Shown: positions 14,590-28,982, numbered from the stretch's first letter. The stretch: 64,000 nucleotides of DNA from Octopus vulgaris (GCA_951406725.2 OX597833.1:64852001-64916000), one strand, 5' to 3'. The notes: generated by a model from the letters alone, not told the origin. Numbers and translations: made by a program.

Positions 14590-14975
14590 TCTTTATATAT
14601 AAAAGAGAGGTTGTGTGCTGTCTGTCTCCTACGATTTAGATTCCTAACTACTCCCACATTTTGCGGTGCAGTTAAAAAAAAAAAACGGGTATCTTATAGT
14701 CGTCATTCTACTAGCGCGCGTCTACGATGAGTCTACGATTTAAAAAAAAATTTACCATAAATTTTTCCCATTTTTTAATGCATTTTTGGCATATGTAAGG
14801 GAAGTAACTCTCTAAAAATTTATTATTAAATCTCAGAACGTAAAAAGCTACAGTAACACCCCCCCCCCCTTTTGTGGTTAGCCATATTGAGATGGCTATT
14901 ATACTTTACATCTCTAAAAATGCATATATAGTCATTTCCCTTACAAACCCGACCAACGCCGGGCGATACTGCTAG
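14590..14975 (+). mobile_element. Non-autonomous Helitron
   Basis: A|TC start, subterminal hairpin cccg..cggg, CTAG|T end; paralogous to 18036-18432. Confidence 0.85.
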
Positions 14976-15134
14976 TGTTTTCATAAAATCGTAGTATGAC
15001 AAAAATATTAAAATATAATTTTATAAATATCGTCGACATTATTGTTGATGGAAGGTATGAATTATTGAACAGCCGTATGAAATGAATATTTGGAACGTCA
15101 CCGATAATTATATACGTCTATTATTATTTCAAGC

Positions 15135-15350
15135 GTATGGAGTTTGCGAATTGGGTGAATCGTTACTGAGTAGGACTAAATGCTTAGCGGCATTCCTTGT
15201 GTCTGTGACTTTTGATTTCGAGTTCAGTCCAGGTCGACTTTGTCTTTCATACTTTCGAGTTCGGTAAGATAAGTACTAGTTGAACACTTGGTTCGATGTA
15301 ATCGACTTTATTCCCTGAAATTGTTGGCGTTGTGCGAAAATTTGAAACCG
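15135..15350 (+). mobile_element. Decayed SINE family C
   Basis: aaatgcttagcgg..gagttcagtcc..gtcgactttg..taagtactagtt..tcgatgtaatcgact. Confidence 0.65.
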
Positions 15351-15462
15351 TTATTTCAAACGTGTTCTGTTCATTTCAACCTTTATAGCCTGTTTCATCT
15401 ATGCGTGTCACTCTTCATGTAAGTCGCTTCACGTACAGAATTTAAGATCAATTATTGTGCAT

Positions 15463-15768
15463 AATTATTCGGCAGCCAAGATCAAATTCCGAGTTTCGGA
15501 TGCCGAGGTGGAAATCCACGCCACCATCTCTTCAGTTATCCAGCCATCGGAGAAACGCTATGAAAATTGGCCGCTATACAAAGGGAAATCACTGTGTTAT
15601 TGACCACTTTAAGATAAAAGAGCTATTCGAATGACCGCTAATTAAGGTAAGGGGGTAAACGGTCATTTTTCATAGCGTTTTTCCGATGGACGGATAACCG
15701 AAGAGATGGTGGCGTGGATTTCCACCTCGGCATCCGAAACTCAGTTTCATCATGGCTGCCGAATTATT
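15463..15768. repeat. Inverted repeat, arms about 115 bp, possibly a Penelope-like relic
   Basis: 15463-15579 versus 15655-15768. The arms contain a CUGAAGA..CAUCC-GAAAC-like motif. Confidence 0.85.
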
Positions 15769-15876
15769 TTGTCACATATTACATTTACAGATAAATTTCT
15801 CTATTTGCATAATATCGAATTCTCTTTCTTTTGTTATCTTACTGTTTTTATCAATATATATCTATATATTTATATA

Positions 15877-16327
<451 letters not shown>

Positions 16328-17302
16328 GTTGGAAATCTGAAAGCAAGGAAACTATATTTTACCAGTTGTACATAAAATAGAATGTTAAAGGCCAATAATT
16401 GATCGCTTTCGAAATCACATGACGACATAATCATGTTATAGCTACATCCACTTAACTTTATTTTAATGTTTATTGCAAATTGCATCTACAACAACAAACT
16501 GATATCTCTACACTATCTTCAACCACAAAACACTTTTATTTTTCTTCTCTGATATCTCCCCTTAGGTATTTAACATTTCTATAATTCACACAGTATCTAA
16601 CAAGCAATCTGAGTTTCGCATATTCCAGGGAAATAATTTTATTTTCAGTATCACGAAAATAATAACAGGGTCACTAAAATTGCTACGTTTTTGATTATTT
16701 TTTTTCTCCCCAATCCCTTCCAATATTATGAATAAATATCACCTATTACTTTTGGCGTAGTTAGCTCTCATATTAAACTATATTTCGACAACAAGATTTA
16801 GACTAAACTATTAGTTTTGCGAATATAACCAGAAGCCATGTAGGAAATAATTTGCATGCATACAAAAAATTAAGTTTTAACAATACAGCATGATAGCTAT
16901 TACATTTGTATATGTGAACGTGTGTGCGTATGAATACACTAATAGATATGTATATGTGTGTGTGTTTGCGTGTGTATGTATTCATGTATGTATGTATGTA
17001 AATATATATATGTGTGTGAATACATATGCATATGAGCATATACAAATGTGTATAAATATATATATATATATATATACATGCTCTTATATACAAACACATA
17101 TGTCTATTATTACATATATACATACATACATGCACACACACACACACAAACATATATATATATGTGAGACAGGGTAAGACAGAGAGACAGACTGACAGAT
17201 AGATTGATAAATGGATGGATAGATAGATATATATACATACATATATATCAAGTGTAAATAGGTAGGTAGGTAGATAGATGACAGATAGATAGATAGATGG
17301 AT

Positions 17303-17360
<58 letters not shown>

Positions 17361-17675
17361 GTGAGAGAAAGAGAGACAGAGAAACAGACACACAGACACA
17401 CATACAGACACACAGATAGATAGATAGATAGATAGATAAACAGATATGTATGTGCATATACGTAACAATCATTTCGATATTTAGGCACGAAAGTAGGTGG
17501 AAAGACCCGTAGCAAGTTAGACATGAGGGTATATAGGTTGGTACGTAGCTATGTCTATAAGTATATTGGTTCCCATGTCATGAAGCTAGATAACATTGTA
17601 AAAGTTTCTACCTGTATATCATACTCAATATGATAGGAATTATATAGGAAGACTGAAAAGTCATTTCGCGCGCGC

Positions 17676-17708
<33 letters not shown>

Positions 17709-18035
17709 AGTGTGTATGTGTGTGTGACCTCTAGAGAACTGTGTTGTGCCTAATGTAATGAAAGAGAGGTTTCTTTAACAGGGTTGTACTATGCGGCGTA
17801 TCTTTCGGATTAGGTGAAAAGTTTCAGATAGTTTTATAGATATCAGCAGATGGTTGGTGTAAACCGGTCTCTTCATCCACATGTCACACGTGGGAAGGAC
17901 AATGTGCCGCGAGAAATTCTTTCTATTTTTTAAGAAAAAGATGGAGAAAACACAGTAGACTATAAATGACATTAATTTTCTCCCGAAAATGTTTCAGCAG
18001 AGAAACGTGTTTCCACTTTCGAGTGTGCACGGATA

Positions 18036-18432
18036 TCTATATATATAAAAGTGAGGTTGTGTGCTCTGTCTCCTACGATTTAGATTCCTAACTACTCCCA
18101 CATTTTGCGGTGCAGTTTAACCCAAAACCGGGTATCTTATAGTCGTGATTCATGTCGAGCCCTTCTGGGTATTAGCGCGTGTCTACGCTGAGTCTACGAT
18201 TTAAAAAAAAATTACCATAATTTTTTTCCATTTTAATGCATTTTTTCGCTATTATGTAAGGGAAGTAACTCTCTAAAAATGTCTACGATGAGTCAACGAT
18301 TTAAAAAAAAATTACCATAATTTGTTTTCCATTTTTAATGCATTTTTTGCTATTTTTGGGCTATAAGTCTCTAAAAATGCTTATATAGTTATTTCCCTTA
18401 CAAACCCGAGCAACACCGGGCGATACTGCTAG
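18036..18432 (+). mobile_element. Non-autonomous Helitron
   Basis: A|TCTATATATATAAA start, cccgagcaacaccggg hairpin, CTAG|T end; internal duplication of about 100 bp. Confidence 0.88.
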
Positions 18433-19141
18433 TGTTAAATATGAGTGTACACGCAAACCTTACTGTCAATGCTTCTTCATACGATTAAAGCATATATATA
18501 TATATATAATATACAATACAAAATGGGGCAAGGACGCAAAACATCCGGAAAACTAAGTGATACAATAGGGGACAACAAAACATCCAGATAGACGATACAA
18601 AAAAAAAACAACACGGACGGGTCATTCGAAGCCCTTTATCTTCAGCCAAGAACCGGATCATCCACGCAATTAATCTTGATTAATCTTGAGATTGCTTCAA
18701 TCTGGCCAGCCGTAAGGAAAAACTAAGCGTAGTGCATTAGATTCCTTGGAAAAAAAGCAACGAATGTATATGAAAACAAGGACAGGAAAACAGACGATGT
18801 TACACGAATCTTAATACAAAACCCAATGCCACGTCGATATTCTTCTCTCTGCCGTAAGGCTTAATTTCCATACACGCCCTCTGCACTCAATTCCGTTGAT
18901 CGTATCAGCTAAGACACTCGACGTCGTGACCGACGGAATGCTTCCATCTATTAAATAAACTTGTTACACTCGTTTGCAAAATTCGTTGTTTCTCGGCTAC
19001 AAATGAATATCCGATTTCCTGTACGCAATCCACACAGGTAACTAAGCAGTAAAACTGTTACTCGTAGCCTGCCGGTAGACTCGGAGTACTGTAGGCGTGT
19101 GTTCTGTTTGTATATTGCATTAACGATATTCATCTATTACA

Positions 19142-19183
<42 letters not shown>

Positions 19184-19322
19184 CGCACTCATATACATAT
19201 AAGCATACATAGGTATAGACATATATATAAAGCGGCAGAGGTGCCCGGGAGGCAGACAGAGAACTAAAAACAAATTGTGACAGATGGAGAAAAAAAGGAG
19301 AGAGATATATAATGCGTCGCAG

Positions 19323-20054
<732 letters not shown>

Positions 20055-20122
20055 GATGTATATGTACATTTAGGAGAAAAAGTAAAAGAGCATATATCTA
20101 AAGGATAATTATGTACTTATAA

Positions 20123-20173
<51 letters not shown>

Positions 20174-20476
20174 CATTTATAAGTACATAATTATATATAT
20201 ACATATATATACATATATATATATTTCTAAATAAAATCATACATGTATAAATATTTATAAAAACATTTATGAATGTAAATATACATGTAGATATATACAT
20301 ATATATACACACACAAATATTTGCGCACACAGACACCACACATACATATATACACAGGTATATATTTATGTATGTTTATGTATATGTGTATATATATATA
20401 CATATATATAAATATATATACGTATATACAAATATACAAAGACAGATAAGCACACACACAAACACACACATATATG

Positions 20477-20526
<50 letters not shown>

Positions 20527-21079
20527 TATACACGCACTGACACATATACATTTGTGCACCATTATCTAGAGAAAGAATCACATTTTATTAGTCATCTTTA
20601 TAAAACAAACAAAAAAATATATATATAATCATTAAACAAAATATAGATTTATAAAGCTGTGCAAAAAATATTTTGTTTTATACTGTATTATTTTTTTAAA
20701 AAGAACAAAAACGGAAAACAACTATCGTTATAATGATAAATCAAAGAGAAAAGCAACAAACAAAAAAGCAAAAAATAATAATAATAATAATAATAATAAT
20801 AAACAAAAACAGAAAACAAAACGAAGTTGAAACAATTATGACTGAAAAAATAGAAATACTCAATTTAAAAATTGAGGAAAAAAATGCTGAAAGCTAAATT
20901 TCAATAAAACTATTTTATTTTTCGTAATTTTATTTTTCGTAATTTTTATTGGGTAGGGGAAAGTCTTAATGTCTTTCCTCCGAAATAACCAATAAATGGA
21001 GTAAACTATTAAAAATAGAATTTCTCTCGCCTAATTCTAGGTATATCTTACCGACGATTTATTGTTGCTGTTGTCGTAT

Positions 21080-21201
21080 ATTATCATCATCTTTATCAAC
21101 ATCATCATGACCATTATTATTATCATCATCATCATCATTATTATTATTATCATCATCATCATCATCATTATTATTATTATCATCATTATTATTATTATTA
21201 T

Positions 21202-21248
<47 letters not shown>

Positions 21249-21285
21249 TTATTATTATTATTATTATTATTACTACTACTACTAC

Positions 21286-21330
<45 letters not shown>

Positions 21331-21383
21331 TACTACTAATACTATTATTATTATTATTATTATTATTACTACTACTACTAATA

Positions 21384-21414
<31 letters not shown>

Positions 21415-21435
21415 TACTTCTACTACTACTACTAC

Positions 21436-21471
<36 letters not shown>

Positions 21472-21492
21472 TACTTCTACTACTACTACTAC

Positions 21493-21531
<39 letters not shown>

Positions 21532-21624
21532 TATTTCTACTACTACTACTACTACTACTACTATTATTATTATTATTATTATTATTACTATTACTATTAC
21601 TACTACTACTACTACTACTACTAC

Positions 21625-21664
<40 letters not shown>

Positions 21665-21677
21665 GTTGTTGCTGTTG

Positions 21678-21735
<58 letters not shown>

Positions 21736-21790
21736 TATTTCTACTATTACTTCTACTACTACTACTACTATTATTATTATTATTATTATT
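21080..21790. repeat. Compound (ATC)/(ATT)/(ACT)n trinucleotide array
   Basis: Direct. Confidence 0.97.
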
Positions 21791-21832
21791 AGTCCATGCT
21801 TAGTAATTGCTTTTATAGCAATGTCTTATCAG

Positions 21833-21874
21833 TCTTTGATATAAATGCTGATTTTCCTGTGTATATGTATTTGT

Positions 21875-21932
<58 letters not shown>

Positions 21933-22502
21933 ATGTGTGTATGTATGTATGTATGTATGTATATGCGAAACGTGCTTATGCACGCTGTAAACACTACTAA
22001 TTATTCGTTATGTATTACGATGCGTTCATGCCTACTCAGTGTTTTTTTTTGTAACAATTTTTGCGTAGCATAAATCAAGATATCGATCTATCAACATATA
22101 TCATTTAAATAGTTGTGAGAAACTTTTAGACATATATCGTTGCTGTCTGTGTTTTTCATGTGACATTTTAAACGATTTTCTCCTGGTTAATTATTATAAT
22201 TATAATTATAAATATCCATTTTTGTTTTTCGGCGAAGTGATATCGGGGTGCAAATATACGAAGCTCAATATACCCACCATGACTGATAAGGGTGCGCCAG
22301 GCGCATTGCATTAAAAACCATATGTGCCCGACATGGAGATCTCGTATTAAGACAAACATCTTGCAGTTGAGACCTAGTTAGAATTTTCTTCTGGTCGAGC
22401 AGCTCATCCCGATCGAAAGGCCCTTGAATAAGTATTGTTTAAGGATGATGAACGAAACAACCATGTTTCCAGATGTGAATTACTTAATCCCCAAATAATC
22501 TC

Positions 22503-22533
<31 letters not shown>

Positions 22534-23137
22534 ATATGCGAAACGTTCTTCTGCACGTTGTATAGACTACCAATTATGACGGTGGTAGTGGTGGTGGTGG
22601 TGGTGGATTTTCTCAATTCACTGGAGCCTCCTGGACTACCTCCACATATATTAGCACTTAAAGTTGGAACTCCTGTAATGCTACTCCGCAATTTGGAACC
22701 ACCAAGACTTTGCAATGGAACACGACTGGGGATAAAGAAAATGATGTCGCACGTTACCGAGGCGATCATTCTTTCTGGATGTGGAAAAGCTGATGACGTC
22801 ATTATTCCAAGAATTCCTCTTACTCCATCAGGAGTAGAAATTCCATTTACATTCAGAAGACTGCAATTCCCCCTTCGTGTCAGCTTTGCCATGTCCATTA
22901 AGAAATCCCAGGGTCAAACCCTCTCTGTAGCTGGTCTTCTCTTGGAAGAGCCCTGCTTCTCGCATGGGCAACTGTATGTTGGCTGCTCAAGGGTAGGAAC
23001 CAAAAGAAACCTTTTTGTATATGCTCCACAAGGAAAAACAAGGAACATTGTTTACATCGCGGTGTTATAACCTCAACATATATATACATGATCCTCTTTT
23101 TTTAACAAACTTCATGTACTTTCACGTATTCATATTA

Positions 23138-23192
<55 letters not shown>

Positions 23193-23295
23193 TGTGTGTG
23201 TGTGTGTGTGTGTATCCATATATATATATATATATGACAGAAAAGTCTAATTCTTCAACTGAATGTAACCGGGCAACGCCGGGTATCTCAGCTAT
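21833..23295 (+). mobile_element. Internally deleted Helitron (5' boundary uncertain)
   Basis: 3' hairpin accgggcaacgccgggt followed by cagCTAT (degenerate CTAG) at about 23268-23295, downstream of the helicase fragment; putative TC start at 21833. Confidence 0.6.
22606..23070 (+). pseudogene. Helitron Rep/Hel PIF1-type helicase C-terminal fragment (open, 154 codons)
   Basis: [86 protein letters not shown]. Confidence 0.92.
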
Positions 23296-23560
23296 TATAT
23301 ATATATATACACACATATATATATATCTATATATATGTATATATATATATTATATCGTTGGTATTATGCAAAAGTGTCTTCTGTCCAAAACGTTGCTTTT
23401 TCAGCAAATGAAATAAATGTTTTACCATTCGATAGCAATCCAATCGTACTACACTTCGACAAATTTTCATACGTTGTCATCTGAACCAGCTGGAGATACG
23501 ATAGTTTTGCCAAAAGTATCGGCTATTACAAGCAAAAACAATTGAGAAAAACGCATATTT

Positions 23561-23613
<53 letters not shown>

Positions 23614-23640
23614 CACGCTCGCAGACACACACACATATAT

Positions 23641-23787
23641 ACAACGAGCTTCTTTCAGTTTCCCTCTACCAAATCCACCATTATAACTTTGGTCGGCTCG
23701 AGGCTATAGTAGAAGCCAGTTTCCCAATGTGCCATGCAGTAGGACTGAACCCGGAACCATGAGGCTGGAATGCAAGCTTCTTACCAC
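23641..23787 (-). mobile_element. SINE family B, 5' half
   Basis: Similarity to the head and CORE-like region. Confidence 0.75.
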
Positions 23788-24400
23788 GCTCACGCAAATA
23801 TGCATATATAGGTGAGCATTTGTTCGTGTGTATCAATTAAAAATTCCACACTGAAAACGAAACGCTTACACACAATGCTCAATTATCTTTCCATCTGCAA
23901 AATATAGTTTGCAAAACACATTGTTTAAATCAAATTGTCTCTGAGTAATTTGTACATAGTAATATTACGTATTTCATTACATTCCGGTTCCTCTCCTAAT
24001 GTAAGTCAGCCATTGTAATATACTTATGTGATGTGTGGCTTTTAGCTTTCAATTAATATTTACTAATGTGGATCTACCAGAGATAAGCTCTTTATAGAAA
24101 CAATAGGCATCTACGTCAGTAATCCTACCTGCATTAGTTAGGAAAATATTGTTTATAGAGACACACAGTTAGACAATACACGCACACGCGCATACCTATG
24201 TGCGTTGTACATTGTCATCACCTTACCTGAGCCTACTCGCTTTCTTTCACCGTTCTTTATATATACCATTTTATATATATGTTTTTATATATACGTTTTT
24301 ATATATACATTTTTCATTACCTCTGATCCATATATATGCATGTGCGTTGTGTATAGATAGATAGAGAGATGAATGGCTAGATAGATAGATAGATAGATAT

Positions 24401-24459
<59 letters not shown>

Positions 24460-24489
24460 TATAGATAATAGATAGATAGATAGATATCT

Positions 24490-24645
24490 TTTTTTTCTCT
24501 CCTTGTTTTTTCTATGTCACTTTCTGTAGAAGAGCGCAGGCTCGAAACGTAAAAGACTTTTTTCAATTTCCTGAGCGTTATACTAATACAACTGTTTGTT
24601 TTATATACCACCTCTCCGTCTTTTTTTTTTTTGTGAACTCTCCTT
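24490..24645 (+). mobile_element. Short HHR-bearing repeat, family H1
   Basis: Embedded in (GATA)n; four homologous copies in the window. Confidence 0.8.
24520..24555 (+). ncRNA. Minimal type-I hammerhead motif with non-canonical core
   Basis: CUUU-CUGUAGA-A-GAGC(GCAG)GCUC-GAAAC-GUA|AAAG. Confidence 0.65.
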
Positions 24646-24655
24646 AGATAGAGAA

Positions 24656-24741
<86 letters not shown>

Positions 24742-24804
24742 TGATAGATAATTGCAATAATGGTTGTCGTACTCTGATTTTAAAGTTGGACACATGGCCA
24801 GCAA

Positions 24805-24988
24805 TTTAGGGGCGAGAATAAATTGGTTACATCGATCCCAGTGTCCATACTTATTATATCAACCCCAAAGTGATAGAAGGCAAATCGACCGTGGTGGCAT
24901 TCGAACTCAGAACGTAAATTCGGAAGAAATACCGCTAAGCTTTTGTTTTTTTCCCTCGGTGCAGTAACGTCTCTGCCATCTCGCCACC
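24805..24988 (-). mobile_element. Decayed SINE family C
   Basis: tcgaactcagaacgtaa..gaaataccgctaagc..aacgtctctgcc. Confidence 0.7.
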
Positions 24989-25184
24989 TAATGATTGTAT
25001 TATATTACTCAGACATTTGTACATATTTTTGTCTCAATTTACCAATTACTAGATACCTTTGTATGCGATATCATTCCTCCAATTGCTGCCTCATATTTTA
25101 ATTTGTGTATTTCTGGGTCAAAATTATAGAAGCTCTTTTGTACTTAAGTCCTTAAATAATTTACGCTTATGAATTTGTGTTGCG

Positions 25185-25370
25185 AGATTCCAGATGTGAA
25201 ATCGTGAGTTGAAACAGATATTGTTATATTTCAGGACGGTCAATTACTTTCATATTTTTGCCAAATAAACACCCGCACTGTATATTCTTTCACTCGTATA
25301 TCATTGAATGGTTATACAGTACATTTGTTTATTTGGCAAAAAAATTACCGTCCCGATATATTACAATATC
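25185..25370. repeat. Imperfect inverted repeat; its 5' part is also present at 40249-40292
   Basis: gatattg..gacggt..tttgccaaataaac..ctgtata versus tatacag..gtttatttggcaaa..accgtc..caatatc. Confidence 0.65.
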
Positions 25371-26386
25371 CTTAAAAAATGTGTTCCTTTTATAATCTCT
25401 TCTAAAACAACTCATGGGAACAACTGTTAACCCCAAATGTATTTCGCTTCTCTTCCATGTTCATACCGTTTTTATGTAAGCTGCTTAACAACGTCAAATC
25501 AACATGAAAAAAAAATTAAGCAATCTGTTCAATTTATCTCTCGCTGTGTTTACGTTTCAAATGTGATTTCGGTAGTATCATAAAATTCATTACTAGATAC
25601 GTTTTATCTCACTTCGGAGAAAAACATTTAAACAAACTGATAACGATTCGCTGCTGATATCATAAAATTACTTTTATCATATTTGCTAATCCATAACAAT
25701 TTCGTGCCAGCTATGCAGTCGCGTTCTCTATCAGGTACGTTTTTACGGTGTATAAATTGACTAGATTTTCAAGCATTTATATAATCTACTATTTTCTGTG
25801 AATGATAGTTGCAATAATTTTTTTTTTTGTATGCAAATGATGATAACACGATTCTTAGAGAATATTTTGTGGAGAATTAATTCATATATTTTATAGAGAA
25901 GTTGTAAAACAACCACAAAATATGTCAAAGTTAGAAACTTTAGGATGAAAAAAATTGTTGACTATTTAGCGTTCAAAAGCAATACTGATATTGAATTTAA
26001 GCCAAAACGATTTAGGTTTCAATGTAATAGAAGCCTCTCCAAGGACATATTTACGAGGTGGTATCAAAAGGCTCCCGGACTAGTTCGGTAGCGCGCCAAC
26101 AGATGGCAGCACACGGTTGCGTGCGCAATGAGAGCTAGCAGTGACTTTCATAAAGCAGTATGTCGACTGACATCGCTGTGTTTCCTTCGTAAGCTGTGAA
26201 ATTTGCGTTTTTGTGACCACGTGTATGCTGTAGCCTGTGACTTTGTCATGGACAGGGAGGTAGAACAAAAAAGCCAACGGGATATTTTGCGTTAAACTTG
26301 AGATGTCTACTACAGAGACATTGAGAATACTACTACAAGCTTACGGCGACGAGGCAATGGATCGTAAACAAAGTTCCGAGTGTCAC

Positions 26387-26584
26387 AAATTAAGTACCAG
26401 TTACGCACTGGGGTCGATGTAATCGACTTAATACCTATGTCTGTCCTTGTTTGTCCCCTCTGTGTTTAGCCCCTTGTGGCTAGTAAAGAAATAGGTATTG
26501 TCCTCCAAGAGGATGCAACGTGTTTATACCTTCATGACCATGGCTTTAATCATCACTTTCAACATCATACTTAGTACCATAACA
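26387..26584 (+). repeat. Templated insertion of about 200 bp copied from 27570-27753
   Basis: SINE tail plus unique flank (..ctccaagaggatgcaacgtgtttataccttcat..tagtaccataaca), near-identical at both sites. Confidence 0.9.
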
Positions 26585-26758
26585 AAAGGGGTAGAACATC
26601 ACTGGAAGGTTTGTCACGATTGTCACCCTCGGAAATGTGGAGAAAGTCTATTAGCTTCTGTTTGGGGATCGTCGGAAGACAATCAACGACATTGATGATG
26701 TTGTTGGCCTGATGTATGTGTCAGTTCAAGCAATCCTAACATCTGAATTGAACATGCC

Positions 26759-26985
26759 TATTTCTTTACTACCCACAAGGAGCTAAACACAGAGGGGACA
26801 AACAAGGACAGACAAGGGGATTAAGTCGATTATATCGACCCCAGTGCGTAACTGGTACTTAATTTATCGACCTCGAAAGGATGAAAGGCAAAGTCGACCT
26901 AGGCGGAATTTGAACTCAGAACGTAACGGCAGACGAAATACCGCCAAGCATTTCGCCCGGCGTGCTAACGTTTCTGCCAGCTCGC
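26759..26985 (-). mobile_element. Full-length SINE family C inserted in the mariner
   Basis: 16-bp TSD ctgaa(t/c)tgaacatgcc at 26743-26758 and 26986-27001. Confidence 0.92.
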
Positions 26986-27265
26986 CTGAACTGAACATGC
27001 CGAGTGTTCTTCTGCTCGCTGACCACTCAGCAGAAAGAATATTGCATCGAAGTCTGTCAAAATCAGCGTCAGCGTGCTGCTGATCATCCATCTTTTACGT
27101 CGAGGAACATCACTGGTGTCGAGAGTTGGGTGTACGGGTCTGACACTGAGACAAAGCATGAGTCTCCACAATCAAAGAGGTCTTCATCTTCACCACCGGA
27201 AAAAAAGGCACGACTGAGCCGCAGCTCACTCAAATGCATGCTCCTCGTTTTTCTCGACGTCTGCG

Positions 27266-27668
27266 GAGCTGGCAGAAACGTTAGCACGCCGGGCGAAATT
27301 GGTAGCCCTATTTCGTCTGCCGTTAACGTTGTGAGTTCAAATTCCGCCGAGGTCGACTTTGCCTTTCATAATTTGGGGGTCGATAAATTAAGTACCAGTT
27401 ACGCACTGGGGTCGATGTAATCAACTTAATACCTATGTCTGTCCTTGTTTGTTCCCTCTGTGTTTAGACCCTTGTGGGTAATAAAGAAATAGGTATTTCG
27501 TCTGCCGTTAACGTTGTGAGTTCAAATTCCGCCGAGGTCGACTTTGCCTTTCATAATTTGGGGGTCGATAAATTAAGTACCAGTTACGCACTGGGGTCGA
27601 TGTAATCGACTTAATACCTATGTCTGTCCTTGTTTGTCCCCTCTGTGGGTAGTAAAGAAATAGGTATT
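27266..27668 (+). mobile_element. SINE family C tandem dimer
   Basis: Head plus two body-tail units of about 185 bp, joined by aaagaaataggtatttcgtc. Confidence 0.9.
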
Positions 27669-27753
27669 GTGCTCCAAGAGGATGCAACGTGTTTATACCT
27701 TCATAACCATGGCTTTAATCATCACTTTCAACATCATTCTTAGTACCATAACA

Positions 27754-28182
27754 CCACCATCGTCATCTTGATCGTCATCACCATCAGCATCAGCAACAGC
27801 AGTAGCATCATTTTCATCAGCTTCACAACCATTAACATTGCCATCATCTTTATCTTCAGCGTCGTTTTCGTCAGCGTGGAAAACCATCAGCCTCATGATA
27901 AGCAATCATCATCACCTTCTTAATCAATATTAGCGCCAACGACATCACCATCATCATCAACATCATCGTTATATACATATTCATATTCATCATAACAACC
28001 ATAAACAACAGCAACAACAACGCCATGTTCATCATCATCAACGCCATCATCATCATCATCACCAGCAGCAGCAGCATCATCATCATCACCAGCAGCAGCA
28101 GCATCATCATCATCAACGCCATCATCATCATCGTTATCATCAACATAATCATCATAATCATCATCATCATTATCACCATGAA

Positions 28183-28226
<44 letters not shown>

Positions 28227-28680
28227 AGATCATCATCATCATCGACGTCGTCGTCATCATCATCGTTTTCATCATCACCAACATCATTTTCAAGATATTC
28301 ACCACCACCATCATACAATCATCACCTCCATCATCGTCATCATAATCATCATCTCCCTCATGATCATCATAATCATCATCATTATCATCATCAGCATCAC
28401 CATCATGATCATCATAATTATCATCTCCATCATGATCATCATAATCATCATCATTATCATCATCAGCATCACCATCATGATCATCATCACCACCACCATC
28501 ATCATTATCCTCACCTCCATCATCCTCGAATTCACACACATCTTCTAGCTCTTCACTGTCGTCGTCGTCACCGTCATCACCATCATCATCATCATCAAGA
28601 TCATCACCGTCTTCGTCGTCATCGTCGTTGTATCCGTCATCATCATCGTCATCATCGCCATCATCGTCGTTGGCGTCATA
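27754..28680. repeat. Degenerate (CAT)n array with internal higher-order duplications
   Basis: Direct. Confidence 0.95.
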
Positions 28681-28917
28681 CACAAAATTCGCCATGATGT
28701 TTATTCGGAATTAATCGTCATGTAAGTAAATTAGCTGATTACGCCGTCAATGAAGTGAAGTTCTCTTCACAATCGAGACGCCGGCATTGATTCCATAATG
28801 AGAGAGATTCTAATTAGTTGTTGAATACAAAAGAAACGAAGCACAAATCGGAAACCGAAAAAAAGAAGGAGAAAAAACAAAAACACCCCTAAAATAGTAA
28901 TGATTGTAGAGATATAA

Positions 28918-28918
28918 A

Positions 28919-28982
<64 letters not shown>

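Larger units (their letters stand above)
26054..27265 (+). pseudogene. Decayed mariner transposon (5' TIR plus N-terminal half of the transposase), interrupted twice
   Basis: TA|cgaggtggtatcaaaag TIR; MDREVEQ..FCVKL..TETL..QAYGDEAM; DRRKTINDI..VQAILTSELNM; NITGVESWVYGSDTETK..KKARLSRS..MLLVFLDVCG. Confidence 0.88.

Noticed and set aside
22435-23070. Host PIF1 helicase gene
   Set aside because: It is an intronless C-terminal fragment with Helitron-type motifs and a Helitron 3' end, and its N-terminus is microsatellite.
27871-28695. Asp-rich 274-aa ORF (MANFVYDANDDD..) resembling an acidic biomineral protein
   Set aside because: It is a degenerate (CAT)n array. The Asp frame shifts into poly-Met, there is no signal peptide, and similar arrays occur throughout the window.
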